NCBI GenBank assembly: GCA_004431415.1
Contig: QPMI01000509.1
Coordinates: 1 to 20,118 of the forward strand
Length of the DNA: 20,118 nucleotides
Direction of reading: 5' to 3'
DNA from: Cyanophora paradoxa CCMP329
Taxonomy: Eukaryota; Plantae; Glaucophyta
A program made the position numbers and the translations under genes. The notes below the pieces were generated by a model that was not told the DNA's origin, searched no databases, and saw only the letters and a program-made list of their open reading frames with translations. This document shows positions 1-8,564 of this stretch, piece by piece; the stretch's first letter is position 1, and each line of letters opens with the position of its first letter.

Positions 1-445
1 GCCGCCGCCTCCCGCCCCGCCCCATGCTCGCGGCGCGGAGTCCTCGGATTCCGACTCGGATTCCGAGGCGGAGCGCAAGGCCGAGGCCGCCGCCGCGGCC
101 CGGGCGCTGGACTTCACGGAGGAGAGCTGGAGCGGGCGGCGGAGCCTGCCGCGCGCCGGCCAGGCGATGGGCCGCGGCCTTCCAGGCGGCGATCGGCGAG
201 GCGACGGCCTCCGCCTCGGCGCCCGGGCCGGCGGCAGCATGATCACGGCGGAGGGCCTCGCGCGCGCCATGCGCCGTGGCCCAGGCCCAGCCCAGGCGAA
301 GGGCAAGGGCAAGGGCAAGGCCGCCTACATCGACCTGCGGTTCGAGGAGGAGGAGGCGGGTGCCCCGGCGGCGCGGCGCGATCTCGGCGAGGAGATGGAG
401 GCGGCGGCCCCCCAAGCACCGTGCCCTCCCCGCCCTAATTTCTGA
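1..445 (+). CDS. 3' part of a hypothetical low-complexity protein (frameshifted, 5' truncated)
   Basis: Coding-like segments ESSDSDSDSEAERKAEAAAAARALDFTEES and ITAEGLARAM...KGKGKGKAAYIDLRFEEEE...PRPNF*; the stop overlaps the upstream motif of the next gene. Confidence 0.45.
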   Translation, partial: PPPPAPPHARGAESSDSDSDSEAERKAEAAAAARALDFTEESWSGRRSLPRAGQAMGRGLPGGDRRGDGLRLGARAGGSMITAEGLARAMRRGPGPAQAKGKGKGKAAYIDLRFEEEEAGAPAARRDLGEEMEAAAPQAPCPPRPNF

Positions 446-472
446 GCCTAGGGCGTTCCAGAGGCGCCAAGA

Positions 473-3400
473 ATGACCCTGCCCACAGAGGAGGAGCTGG
501 AGGCGAGCGCGAGATGGAGGATGGAGCCGCGCTGGCGGCGGCGGCGGACGCGAAGGCCTCGCGCGAGCTGGAGGTGGCGGAGGGAGTACGCGATGGAGCT
601 GGAGCGCCGAGCGCGAGCGCGAGGGCGAGCCCGATGCGAGCTGGCGGCGACGGTGGAGGCGGGGGCGGGGGACACCTTCGAGCCCGAGCCCCCCGTCGAC
701 GAGTTCTACCCCCTCCCGCCCTCCCCCTCCCTCGACGGCGCCCCGCCGCCGCCATCGAGGAGTTCTCGGACGACGAGCCCGGCGACGCCGGCCCCAGGCC
801 GCCCCTCGTCTCCCCCGCCGCCCGCCGCCCCCGTGCCCCCCGCCAGCCCCGCCGCCTCCGACGTCTCCTGGCGCCCGAGCGGCAACCCCTCGGCCTTCAG
901 TCCCTTCCGCCCCTCGCAGCCCTCGCAGCGCCCGCCGCCCTCCGTCCAGGGTACCCCCCTCGCCCGCCCCATCCCCTCGCCGCCGCGGGCACGCCCGTCG
1001 CCACGCCCGCCTCCTCCCTCGGCCACATGCCCCTCCGCCCCCTCCGGCCCCCCGCGCCGGCCGCCTCTCCCGCCGGCCCAGCAGCGGCGCGAGCCGCGAG
1101 CGGCAGCTGCTGCGCGATCAGCGGGCGGAGGCGGAGGCGGACCACGACGACGGCCAGGCGTCGGAGAGCGACGGCGAGCCGCCGCGCGCCACCAGGCTGG
1201 AGCTGGCGCGGGCGGAGCTGGCGGTGCAGCCGCGCGAGGCGCCCGAGATCGACATGTCCAAGTACGACGACGTGACAACGTACAGCAAGGACAACAAGTC
1301 CAAGAAGGAGGCGGCCATTCAGATGCGCTCCGCCTCTTCGTCAAGAACAACGTGCGCCCCGCCCCCCTTAGCTGCGCGCCCCGCCCCCTTAGAGGCCGGA
1401 GCGGCCGTGGCCCAGCTGCTTAAGGCGCTGGGCCGAGCCGCCTTCGGCCGGTGCGCCCCCCTCCCGCGTTCGAACCCCGCTAACCCCTTTTGCCGGCGCA
1501 GCGGATCGTGCGCCAGAGACCCTACGGCCCGAACTCCCCCCACCTTCTACGAGCTCCGAACCTCTTCGTGTACGACAAGGTCAGCGCGAACAGGCACGCC
1601 GGGCGCGGGACGATGAAGGAGGTCATCCAGCTGCTGGCGATGACCTTCCACAAGACCTACGAGTCCAACCCCGGCTCCTTCGAGTTCACCTTCTCGAAGG
1701 AGGTGCTCTCGGGGCGGACGCGCACGTTCGTGGAGGAGTCCCTCCAGCTCGAGGACGTCTGCCCGAGATGCCCGTCATCCCGGCTTCGCCTTCGCCTGCG
1801 ACACGCGTGCGCCGCCCGTACCCCTGCGCCCCGCCCCGTACCCCCGCCGACGCCCCTTGCGCAGATTTCGTGGTGCGGGCGCCGCAGGACAGCACGGGCA
1901 GCGCCTGCGTCCTCGTCATGACGCACGAGGAGGCACGGGAGCGGTACGCGGGCTACATGAACACCTGCTACATCCAGGGGCGCCTGCCCGCGGGCATCGA
2001 GGAGGCGACCGAGACCTGCGACTGGCCCACCGTGTACGGCATGCTGCACCCCTTCATGCCCAACGTCGTCAAGCACCTGGCGGACAACGGCTACGTGACG
2101 GCCGACGAGTTCGGCTACGCGGCGGCCGTCCTCTACGCCTTCAACCTCGTCGGGCCGTGGAACTTCTGCGACAAGCCGTCTTCGACCGGGAGCCGCGCGC
2201 GGAGATCGAGCCGCCGTCCGAGGGCGCCATGCTGCAGTACTGCGGCATCATCAAGGGCCAGTCGGGCAGTCGGGCAGGCAAGTCGATGGTGACGCAGATC
2301 ATGACGGAGTGCCTGCCGCCGGCGGTCTGCGTCTACCGCCCCTCCAAGGGCTCGGCCTTCTCGGAGCACGGCGGCGAGGAGGCGATCTGCATGGTGATGG
2401 CGGAGGGCCTCGACCCGGCCTGCTCGGAGGAGGAGCTCAAGATGCGCTCCGGCGACGCCTACTCCCGCAACTTCAAGAACGTCCGCGGCGACGATGTGCG
2501 CACCAAGGCGACGCGCAAGGTGCTTGTCATCGTCTGCAACAGCTTCCCGCAGGTGCGCCCGTTCCCCTCCCCTCCCTTCCCGGCGCCCTTTCTCACTGCC
2601 CCGGCGCAGCTCGAGAACCGCATGCTCGAGTTCTTCGCCCGCGTCGTCCTGATCCCCCTCGACCACAAGCCGGCCAAGAAGCGCACCTACCTCCACTCCG
2701 ACATCCGCGAGAACGAGCTGCCGGCGCTCATGGTCGCGGCCTTCACCTTCGCGTGGAAGATCATCCACGCGCTCTCCGACGGCAAGGCCTCCTGCATCCA
2801 GGCCTTCGAGCCGGCGTGGCTGCGGGCGCAGCGCCTCGGCTTCTGGCAGGAGACGGACCTGCCCCTCACCCGCTTCATCGTCACCCACTGCGCCGTCGAC
2901 CCACCACCTACGTCGCCGCCCCGAACACGGAGGGCTATGACGAGCGTCGCGGGCATCGTCGAGTACATCGCGCGCACGGAGGGCCCCGACACCTCCGCCG
3001 CCGTCGGCGCCGACATCGAGAACGGCCGGCTGGACGAGACCCTCGCCGGCTTCGGCTCCTGGTGCCGCCCTACTCCTACAAGCTCGGCGGCGTCTGGCAG
3101 ACCTACATCCGCGGCATCGTCCCCAAGGCCCCGCTCTCCCTCGGCGAGAGCCAGCCGGCGCTGGAGGCGATCGCGATCCCCGTCGCCCAGTTCAAGGCCG
3201 GGCGCCGACGTCGGGCCCTTCCTCGTCAAGCCCCACACCAAGGGCAAGGGCAAGCGCACCCGCAACTCGGCGCCGGCCTTCCTCCCGCCCCAGCCCCCGC
3301 CACGGCCCCCCAGCAGCGCCCCGGCCAGCAGCGCATCGACGAGATGCTGCCGCGCCAGGTCCGGCCCCGCGTACCCCCCGCCTTCCCTCCCGTACCCCCC

Positions 3401-3909
3401 TCCCCCGCCCCCCTCCTGATCCAAGGGCAGGGTACCCGACGAACGGCGGCGCGGGCCCGAGCGGCTACGGGAGCTCGGCCTCCTCCGCGAGCGCCGACGG
3501 CCCCAGCCCCTCCCCGGCCCGCGCCGTCCTCTCCGCGATCCAGGGCTTCGGGCCAGCAGGAGCCGAGCGGCGGGCGCTGGCGGCGCGCCAGGCGCGCGAG
3601 GCGGAGGAGCGGCGCCAGGCCTCTGGGCCCAGCGCCTGCAGGAGCCACCGCCTTCCGCGCGAGCTGGAGGCGGGCTTCCGCGCGAGCGGATGAGCGCGGC
3701 GGAGGCCGTGGAGAGCTGGCGGGCGTTCGAGGACGGGACCGTGGAGCTGGCGAAGGGCCTCGGCTACAGCTACCGCGGGCGCCGGTGCCCACCTCGTACG
3801 CAAGGCGCGGCGCGCGAGGCCTCGCGGGCAAAGATCGACGCGGCGGAGGAGCAGGCGGCGCGCGAGAGAGGCCGAGGACAACGCGCGCTTCCGGCACCTG
3901 CACCACTGA
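473..3909 (+). CDS. D5-like superfamily 3 helicase with long low-complexity N- and C-terminal extensions; intron-containing and frameshifted
   Basis: Walker A IIKGQSGSRAGKS (~2247-2285), Walker B-like ICMVMAEG, ELKMRSGDAYSRNF, motif C VLVIVCNSFP, arginine-finger region FFARVVLIPLDH, and winged-helix-like FIVTHC...WQTYIRGIVPK. Start 473 follows AATTTCTGAG; the 3' end (TGA 3907-3909) is approximate. Confidence 0.8.
1352..1501 (+). other. Spliceosomal intron 1 of the helicase gene (150 nt)
   Basis: GTGCGC donor, CTAAC branch site at 1480-1484, GCGCAG acceptor. Removal deletes the TAA at 1421-1423 and joins LFVKNN|RIVRQRPYG in phase 0. A second GTGCGC donor-like site lies at 1451. Confidence 0.7.
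1807..1864 (+). other. Spliceosomal intron 2 of the helicase gene (58 nt)
   Basis: GTGCGC donor, C-rich body, CCGAC branch-like site, GCGCAG acceptor. Removal joins GFAFACDT-H-FVVRAPQD, assuming upstream single-base indels. Confidence 0.7.
2553..2609 (+). other. Spliceosomal intron 3 of the helicase gene (57 nt)
   Basis: CAG|GTGCGC donor, CTCAC branch site, GCGCAG acceptor. Removal deletes a Pro-rich 19-aa insert and restores normal SF3 spacing: CNSFPQ|LENRMLEFFARVVLIPL. Confidence 0.85.
3359..3430 (+). other. Possible spliceosomal intron 4 of the helicase gene (72 nt)
   Basis: CAG|GTCCGG donor, pyrimidine-rich body, CTGAT branch-like site at 3416-3420, GGCAG acceptor. It lies outside conserved motifs, so there is no protein-level check. 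Confidence 0.5.
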
Positions 3910-3957
3910 GGCCCGAGGCGGTATTTTTTCTCAACCCTCCCTCAATTCGGTCCCGCG

Positions 3958-4145
3958 ATGGCCTTCGAAGCTTATCCTGCCCACTACTCGCTAGGAGCCT
4001 CGCCGCGACCCTCACCTGGCTCCTCGGCGGCACCCCACGGCCTCGGCGGTCATCGGCGTGGGCTTTCGGCTACGCCGCCAAGTCCCTCTACGCCCCCGGC
4101 TGCGCCTCGCAGGCGGCGGCCGGCATGCGCCCCGCCGGGCGCTAA
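3958..4145 (+). CDS. Small hydrophobic/membrane hypothetical protein (frameshifted)
   Basis: ATG 3958 preceded by TTTTCTCAA motif; stitched MAFEAYPAHYSLGA/LAATLTWLLGGTP/WAFGYAAKSLYAPG...R*. Confidence 0.45.
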
Positions 4146-4245
4146 CTTTCAAAGTTCAAAGTTCATTCTCCCCTCCCCTTTTCCGAGTTCCGAGTCCGTT
4201 GGCGTTCCCTTTTAAATTTTCTTCATTCTCGTTACACGTTCGAAG

Positions 4246-4722
4246 ATGTCGAGCGCGGTAGAGAAGCTGCTGTGCACCGTGTTCAAATCGGATTCGCGAT
4301 GCAGCAAGATGGCGAGGCGGCGAGGGCTAAGGGTGGGCGGCGGCGGAGGGGCCCAGGGTGAAGGGCGGCGGATCCCGCGCCGCCGTCGCTGAAAACGATC
4401 AAGGGGGCGGGCAAGGGCAGGAGCGTGGGGGCGCTGCCCCTCGTGGCGATCGCGCCGGGGCAGAGGGAGGCGGCGCACGCGGCGACGGCGGCGCTGGCCG
4501 CGCGGCGCAGGCGGAGGCCTACCCGTGCCTGGGCCGGGGGCTGCACCCGCCGGCCGGCCGCCCCTACGCCGTGAGCGCCTACTTCGACGAGGCCAACCGG
4601 CTGAGCTGCCAGGAGCTGTGCGACAACCGCATGCGGCGCGCCGTGGACGGGCACTGCCGCTGCTGGTGGCGCTGGGCGGCTCGCTCCTGATGGTCTGGTA
4701 CCTGCGCGGCCTGGTCATTTAG
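4246..4722 (+). CDS. Hypothetical protein with Cys residues and C-terminal transmembrane helix (frameshifted)
   Basis: MSSAVEKLLCTVFKSD... / YAVSAYFDEANRLSCQELCDNRM / ALPLLVALGGSLLMVWYLRGLVI*; AAATTTTCTT upstream. Confidence 0.5.
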
Positions 4723-4759
4723 ATAGTTTTTCGAAACCCCGGTTGGAAGCTAGCCAAGG

Positions 4760-5086
4760 ATGAGCTGGCTCGATGCGCTGCTCACGAAGACCTTCGGCCC
4801 CAAGGGCCAGCCGCGCCTGCAGTTCGGCGAGATCAACGCGGCGATTGGCGCCACGGTGGAGACGAAGAACCGAGAGAACGTCCTGCGCGGCGACGGAGGC
4901 GCGTGGGCCGACATTGCGGCGGGCGCCCTGGGCTCCGCGCTCACCGCACCGGGCAAGGCGGGCCGCGCGCTGACGGACGGGGCCGAGCGCTTCTGGCACT
5001 GGCTCAAGGTGGCCGTTGTCATCGCCGCAGCGGTTGTGGCGGGTCTCCTGGTGCTCGAGGCTCGCGCGCTATTTTCTAAACGCTAG
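4760..5086 (+). CDS. Hypothetical membrane protein, 108 aa, C-terminal transmembrane helix
   Basis: Intact ORF with hydrophobic WLKVAVVIAAAVVAGLLVLEA near the C-terminus; T-rich motif upstream. Confidence 0.75.
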   Translation: MSWLDALLTKTFGPKGQPRLQFGEINAAIGATVETKNRENVLRGDGGAWADIAAGALGSALTAPGKAGRALTDGAERFWHWLKVAVVIAAAVVAGLLVLEARALFSKR

Positions 5087-5101
5087 GTAAACGAGCGAAC
5101 C

Positions 5102-5475
5102 ATGCGCGGCGGCTCTTCCCCCGTGTTTCCTTCGCTGAGAACCCGGTGGCGAACGCAGTCGCCCCTACCCCCCTGGAGCCCGGAGTGAAGCTGGAGCGTG
5201 CGAACGCAGTCTCCGTCAAGAAGGCCAAGCGCACGCTGGCGCTGGAAGTCCCGGTCGCGGAGGATACGGAGAAGGTTGCATTCAACAAGCGCAAGACGTA
5301 CAAGGCGATACGCGAGGGACAGCTGCTGCCCACGGACTCGGTTCCCGGGCTGCCGGGCACCACGGCCGGCGAGCTCCTAGTGCGCAACCTGCGCCTGCAG
5401 TACGTCTCCCGCCTCCGCCGCTCCAAGGCCAAGAAGGCGCGCCTGGACTCGGGCGATAGCAGCTCTAGCTCGTAG
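5102..5475 (+). CDS. Hypothetical basic protein (frameshift near start)
   Basis: ATG 5102 after ATTTTCTAAA; main frame 5146-5475 has virus-like codon use (KVAFNKRKTYKAIREGQLLP...). Confidence 0.6.
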
Positions 5476-5502
5476 GGCTCTGTACTGTTGTATTCAATGC
5501 CT

Positions 5503-5785
5503 TTACCAGTTCCTGTTCCTATCCCAGAGCACGACTCGGGTGAAGGGCACGGTCATAGCGAACATGAACTCGGCGAACTTGGCAAAGTTCATCAGGGTTC
5601 CCAGGCGGGGATCCTCCCAGTAGATCGCCTCGCGCAGCGCCTCGTAGACGCGCATGAGGGAGCGCTCGTTCTCCGTCGCGAAGGCGTCGCCGGGCTCGTC
5701 GGGTCGGGATCCGTGAGCTCGGAGTACTCGTCCGAGCTGCCCGCGCTCTCGGCACCTGCGGCGGGGTCGGGCGAGGGTCGGGCAT
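5503..5785 (-). CDS. Hypothetical protein (frameshifted)
   Basis: ATG 5785 after ATTTTCTGG; C-terminal frame DAFATENERSLMRVYEALREAIYWEDPRLGTLMNFAKFAEFMFAMT...W*. Confidence 0.6.
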
Positions 5786-5831
5786 TCTTTTGGTAGAAGG
5801 GCTAGAAGAGGGACCAGAAAATCACTAGCAA

Positions 5832-6173
5832 TCACGGGCGCCGGAACTCCATCGAGTCGCCGCGCCAGTACTTGTTGCCGGAGGCGAGCAGCTTCATCGG
5901 CTCGCCCGTCGAATCGTGCTTCCAGGCCTCGCCGTCCCAGAGGGCCGTGCCGCCGTCCTCTAGCTTGAGGCGGTGGCCCGGCTCGAGACGGTTGCCGTCG
6001 AGCATGCGGCCGGCCATGAGCGCCAGGTCCCACTCGGTGAGGTTGCGCTGCTCTGCGGGGGTGAGGCCGCGCTCGACGCGCTCGGGCTGGCGCGCCTCGC
6101 GCTCCATGCGGCTGAGGCCCACCAGGAAGAAGATGGGCAGGGCAAAGGCCATGAGATCTAGCAGGGCCTCCAT
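5832..6173 (-). CDS. Hypothetical protein, 113 aa, N-terminal transmembrane/signal anchor
   Basis: MEALLDLMAFALPIFFLVGLSRM... intact frame; TTTTCTAAG just upstream of ATG 6173. Confidence 0.7.
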   Translation of the reverse strand: MEALLDLMAFALPIFFLVGLSRMEREARQPERVERGLTPAEQRNLTEWDLALMAGRMLDGNRLEPGHRLKLEDGGTALWDGEAWKHDSTGEPMKLLASGNKYWRGDSMEFRRP

Positions 6174-6183
6174 TGGGCAAGAC

Positions 6184-6473
6184 TTAGAAAAGGTTCCGGA
6201 CCAGGCCCGAGAGCTGCGGGCCCAGGCGCCGGGCGGCGTAGTAGAGCGCGGCCGCCGCCGCCGCAAGGATCAGCAGGCGCGGCGGGCCGCGCGCCGGCTC
6301 CTCCAGCGTCAGGTCCACGGTCTCCGGCCCGCGCGCCGGAGCCGCCAGGATCTCGGGCTCGGAGCAGAGGGACTTGGGCCCGCGGCGGCGGCGCTGCTTG
6401 GGCGCCGAGCGCGGCGGCGGCGGTGAGAAGGTCTCAGGCTCCTGCTTGATACCTGCGCAGTCAGTAAGTCCAT
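6184..6473 (-). CDS. Hypothetical protein with C-terminal hydrophobic helix
   Basis: Frame ...IKQEPETFSPPP...RLLILAAAAAALYYAARRLGPQLSGLVRNLF*; likely ATG 6473 (needs one frameshift), preceded by ATTTTCCAAG. Confidence 0.55.
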
Positions 6474-6524
6474 GCTTGCTGGGTACCTTGGAAAATTGTG
6501 GGAGGCGTCGGAGATTGCGAACGT

Positions 6525-6645
6525 AGGAGGGGGAGAAATGACGCGGACGCAAAAGATTCCGTCATGGGTTTTCCGTCATGGGCTGGAACTTGGACTCGGG
6601 ACTCGGCCGGGAATTCTCCTGGTAAGTTCGAGACTTGAACTCGGC
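6525..6645 (+). repeat. Repeat copy A: left arm of outer inverted repeat; direct repeat of copy B
   Basis: AGGAGGGGGAGAAATGACGCGGACGCAAAAGATTCCGTCATGGGTTTTCCGTCATGGGCTGGAACTTGGACTCGGGACTCGGCC matches the reverse complement of ~7954-8040 and, directly, 6790-6884. Confidence 0.95.
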
Positions 6646-6668
6646 GGGGTACCCCCTATGTCCAAATG

Positions 6669-6726
6669 CCTAGTGTCCCAGAGTCCTAGTGTCCTAGTGT
6701 CTAGTGTACTAAGTAGTACTAAGTAG
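6669..6726 (+). repeat. Short tandem repeats (CTAGTGT x4, GTACTAAGTA x2)
   Basis: CTAGTGT at 6670, 6686, 6694 and 6701, followed by two GTACTAAGTA units. Confidence 0.85.
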
Positions 6727-6736
6727 GTGGTATATC

Positions 6737-6905
6737 TATCTAGCTAGCGCTAGCGCTTGCTTAAATTAAACTGAAAGGTTGCGGAGGTTGCGGACGCGTC
6801 ACAATTCCGTCATGGTTTTCCGTCATGGGCTGGAACTTGGACTCGGGACTCCCGGGAATTCTCCTGTAAGTTCGAGACTTGAACAAGAACGACGTACCCC
6901 TCTAT
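6737..6905 (+). repeat. Repeat copy B: left arm of inner inverted repeat
   Basis: CTGAAAGGTTGCGGAGGTTGCGGACGCGTCACAATTCCGTCATGG...GGGACTC is the near-exact reverse complement of 7082-7161; GCTAGCGCTTGCTTAA and GTACCCCTCTAT (6894-6905) are also mirrored. Confidence 0.95.
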
Positions 6906-7008
6906 GACCGTTCTATACTACATTAAAGTATTCATTGATTGTGATAACGATAATGTCATAGCAACTTCAGTATGATGTCATAGCAACTTGAAATTACCTT
7001 CAAGTCGA
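6906..7008. other. AT-rich core between the inner inverted repeats, with a 15-bp direct repeat
   Basis: Most AT-rich stretch of the window; ATGTCATAGCAACTT at 6953-6967 and 6975-6989. Confidence 0.85.
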
Positions 7009-7223
7009 ATAGAGGGGTACAGAGTCGGTACGTTAGACTTGACAAAAACACGTGTATTTTTTTACGCCGAGTTTTGCGGCCGAGTCCCGAGTCAAGTTCC
7101 AGCCCATGACGGAAACCCATGACGGAATTGTGACGCGTCCGCAACCTCCGCAACCTTTCAGGTAAATGTCAGGTAACTTCAGGTTAATTAATTAAGCAAG
7201 CGCTAGCAAGCACTAGCTAGATA
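7009..7223 (-). repeat. Repeat copy C: right arm of inner inverted repeat
   Basis: ATAGAGGGGTAC 7009-7020 mirrors 6894-6905; 7081-7223 mirrors 6737-6851 with extra TCAGGTWA units; CCCATGACGGAA at 7103 and 7116. Confidence 0.95.
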
Positions 7224-7889
7224 TCACAGCTCTACCTTGCCCAAGTTTGATGGTATTAGCAAGGCCTGCTCCTCCAAGTCTGCACCACCGCCGCCTCCCA
7301 GCGCTAGCGCTAGCTCGATACCGCCTCCGGCCTTGATCTCCCTTGGCTCAGCCACCTGAGAGGCTAGGCCACCTCCTCCTGGTGAAGCCGGGTATCGTTG
7401 CTCTTGTCCAGCTTGAGGTAGCGGTAGGGCGCCGGCGCCGGCCAGTCCGGCCTGTGGCCGCTTGCCTCCTTGGCTATGTCCTTGGCCTACGCGGACGCAG
7501 GTCGGCCTTGGCCTTCGCCCTCTGCAGGGGGCCCAGCGCCTTGAACTTCGGTGCCTTGGTCGCCGGCAGGGCCTTGGGCTGGGGCTTCTGGGGCTTCTGC
7601 GTCTTCACCGCCTTGGGCTTCGCATCCTTGGCTGCTTCGATTTCGGCATACTTCTTGCTCATAAATGAGAAAAGCGCCTCAAAGTCTGCCTTTATCTCCT
7701 CCTTGGACCAGGATGTCACCTGATCCGGGTCACCTGAGAACGGCGCATACGAAACGCCACGTGGAGCGATTTGCAGGCCTGGGCAATCATTGGCTCGGGC
7801 CATGCCAGCTCGATCAGCTGAAGGTAGATGTTGAGGGCCTTGTCGAGCTTGGCGCCCTGGGAGACCAGCTGGGAGATGGCGGGCTCCAT
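7224..7889 (-). CDS. Hypothetical protein with Lys/Ala/Pro-rich basic region, lying inside the right arm of the repeat structure (frameshifted; 3' end uncertain)
   Basis: CCACCATGG start at 7889 after ATTTTCTGA; MEPAISQLVSQGAKLDKALNIYLQLIELAW... / DQVTSWSKEEIKADFEALFSFMSKKYAEIEAAKDAKPKAVKTQKPQKPQPK... Confidence 0.6.
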
Positions 7890-7917
7890 GGTGGGTAGAC
7901 TAGCATCAGAAAATGGC

Positions 7918-8040
7918 GCCAAGTTCGAATCTATTTTTTACCGGGAGAGTTTGGGCCGAGTCCCAGGTCCAAGTTCCAGCCCATGACGGAAATACCCATG
8001 ACGGAATCTTTCGCGTCCGCGTCACTTCTCCCCCCCTCCT
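7918..8040 (-). repeat. Repeat copy D: right arm of outer inverted repeat
   Basis: Reverse complement AGGAGGGGGGGAGAAGTGACGCGGACGCGAAAGATTCCGTCATGGGTATTTCCGTCATGGGCTGGAACTTGGACCTGGGACTCGGCC matches copy A. Confidence 0.95.
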
Positions 8041-8112
8041 CAGGTGAGCGCTCACCTGAACCTCACCTGAACGGCCTCTATAAGCACGCGCACGCGGCGT
8101 TCCCCTCACACT
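8040..8112 (+). promoter_or_regulatory. Putative Pol II-type promoter: 20-bp palindrome/TCACCTGA boxes, TATA, initiator
   Basis: Perfect palindrome TCAGGTGAGCGCTCACCTGA 8040-8059, TCACCTGA 8063-8070, TATAAG 8079-8084, CCTCACACT 8104-8112, CAACATGG start at 8144. Confidence 0.65.
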
Positions 8113-8143
8113 CTCATCTCTCTCAACGCAACCAGCAAGCAAC

Positions 8144-8564
8144 ATGGCCTTGTTGCCCAGTTCTTCGTCGAGGAATACACCGTGCGCGTGATCGGCGAGC
8201 CCATTGACCGCGAGGTGGAAGTTCTCAAGGACGGCAAAGTAGACGACTGCAAAGACTGCCCGGTAAGATCCTCCTCATGAAGCTCTCCGACGATGGCTTC
8301 TCCTTCACCCTGGTCTCCTGCGCCAAGACCCAAACCGGACAGACGGCCTACATCGTGACCATTCTCCGCGGGGCGCTGAACTGCACGCATGTTCAAGTAC
8401 CCGAGTGGGCCTCGTTCTGCGCGGCGATCTCTCCCTCAGGCCGCTCCCTCGCCTACACATTCTTTGAGGGGTATCAGTGCAACATCTGGGTCTTGCGGAG
8501 GCAGATGGGCTCCCCCCAGATGAAGGTCGATCAGCTGCAACCAGCAGTGCGGCTACCCCTTTAG
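8144..8564 (+). CDS. Hypothetical beta-rich protein (frameshifted)
   Basis: Stitched QFFVEEYTVRVIGEPIDREVEVLKDGKVDDC / MKLSDDGFSFTLVSC...AAISPSGRSLAYTFFEGYQCNIWVL; the ISPSGRSLAY segment resembles a TolB/PD40-type propeller blade. Confidence 0.6.

Noticed and set aside
1416-1450. 35-nt micro-exon (LLKALGRAAFG) splitting intron 1 into two introns
   Set aside because: It needs an extra indel to keep frame, whereas a single 1352-1501 intron joins cleanly. Not fully excluded.
2309-3994. 561-aa ORF and the many other long Arg/Pro/Ala-rich overlapping or antisense ORFs in the track
   Set aside because: Shadow frames expected in very GC-rich DNA; only short parts belong to the real frameshifted genes.
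6454-6487. Approximately 34-nt minus-strand intron (GTACCC...CTGAC.GCGCAG) in the 6184 gene
   Set aside because: Shorter than the other introns, with a different donor, and it would need a start inside repeat A. A frameshift after ATG 6473 is simpler.
6525-8040. CRISPR array
   Set aside because: Only four long copies in two orientations with irregular spacing, no unique equal-length spacers and no cas genes.
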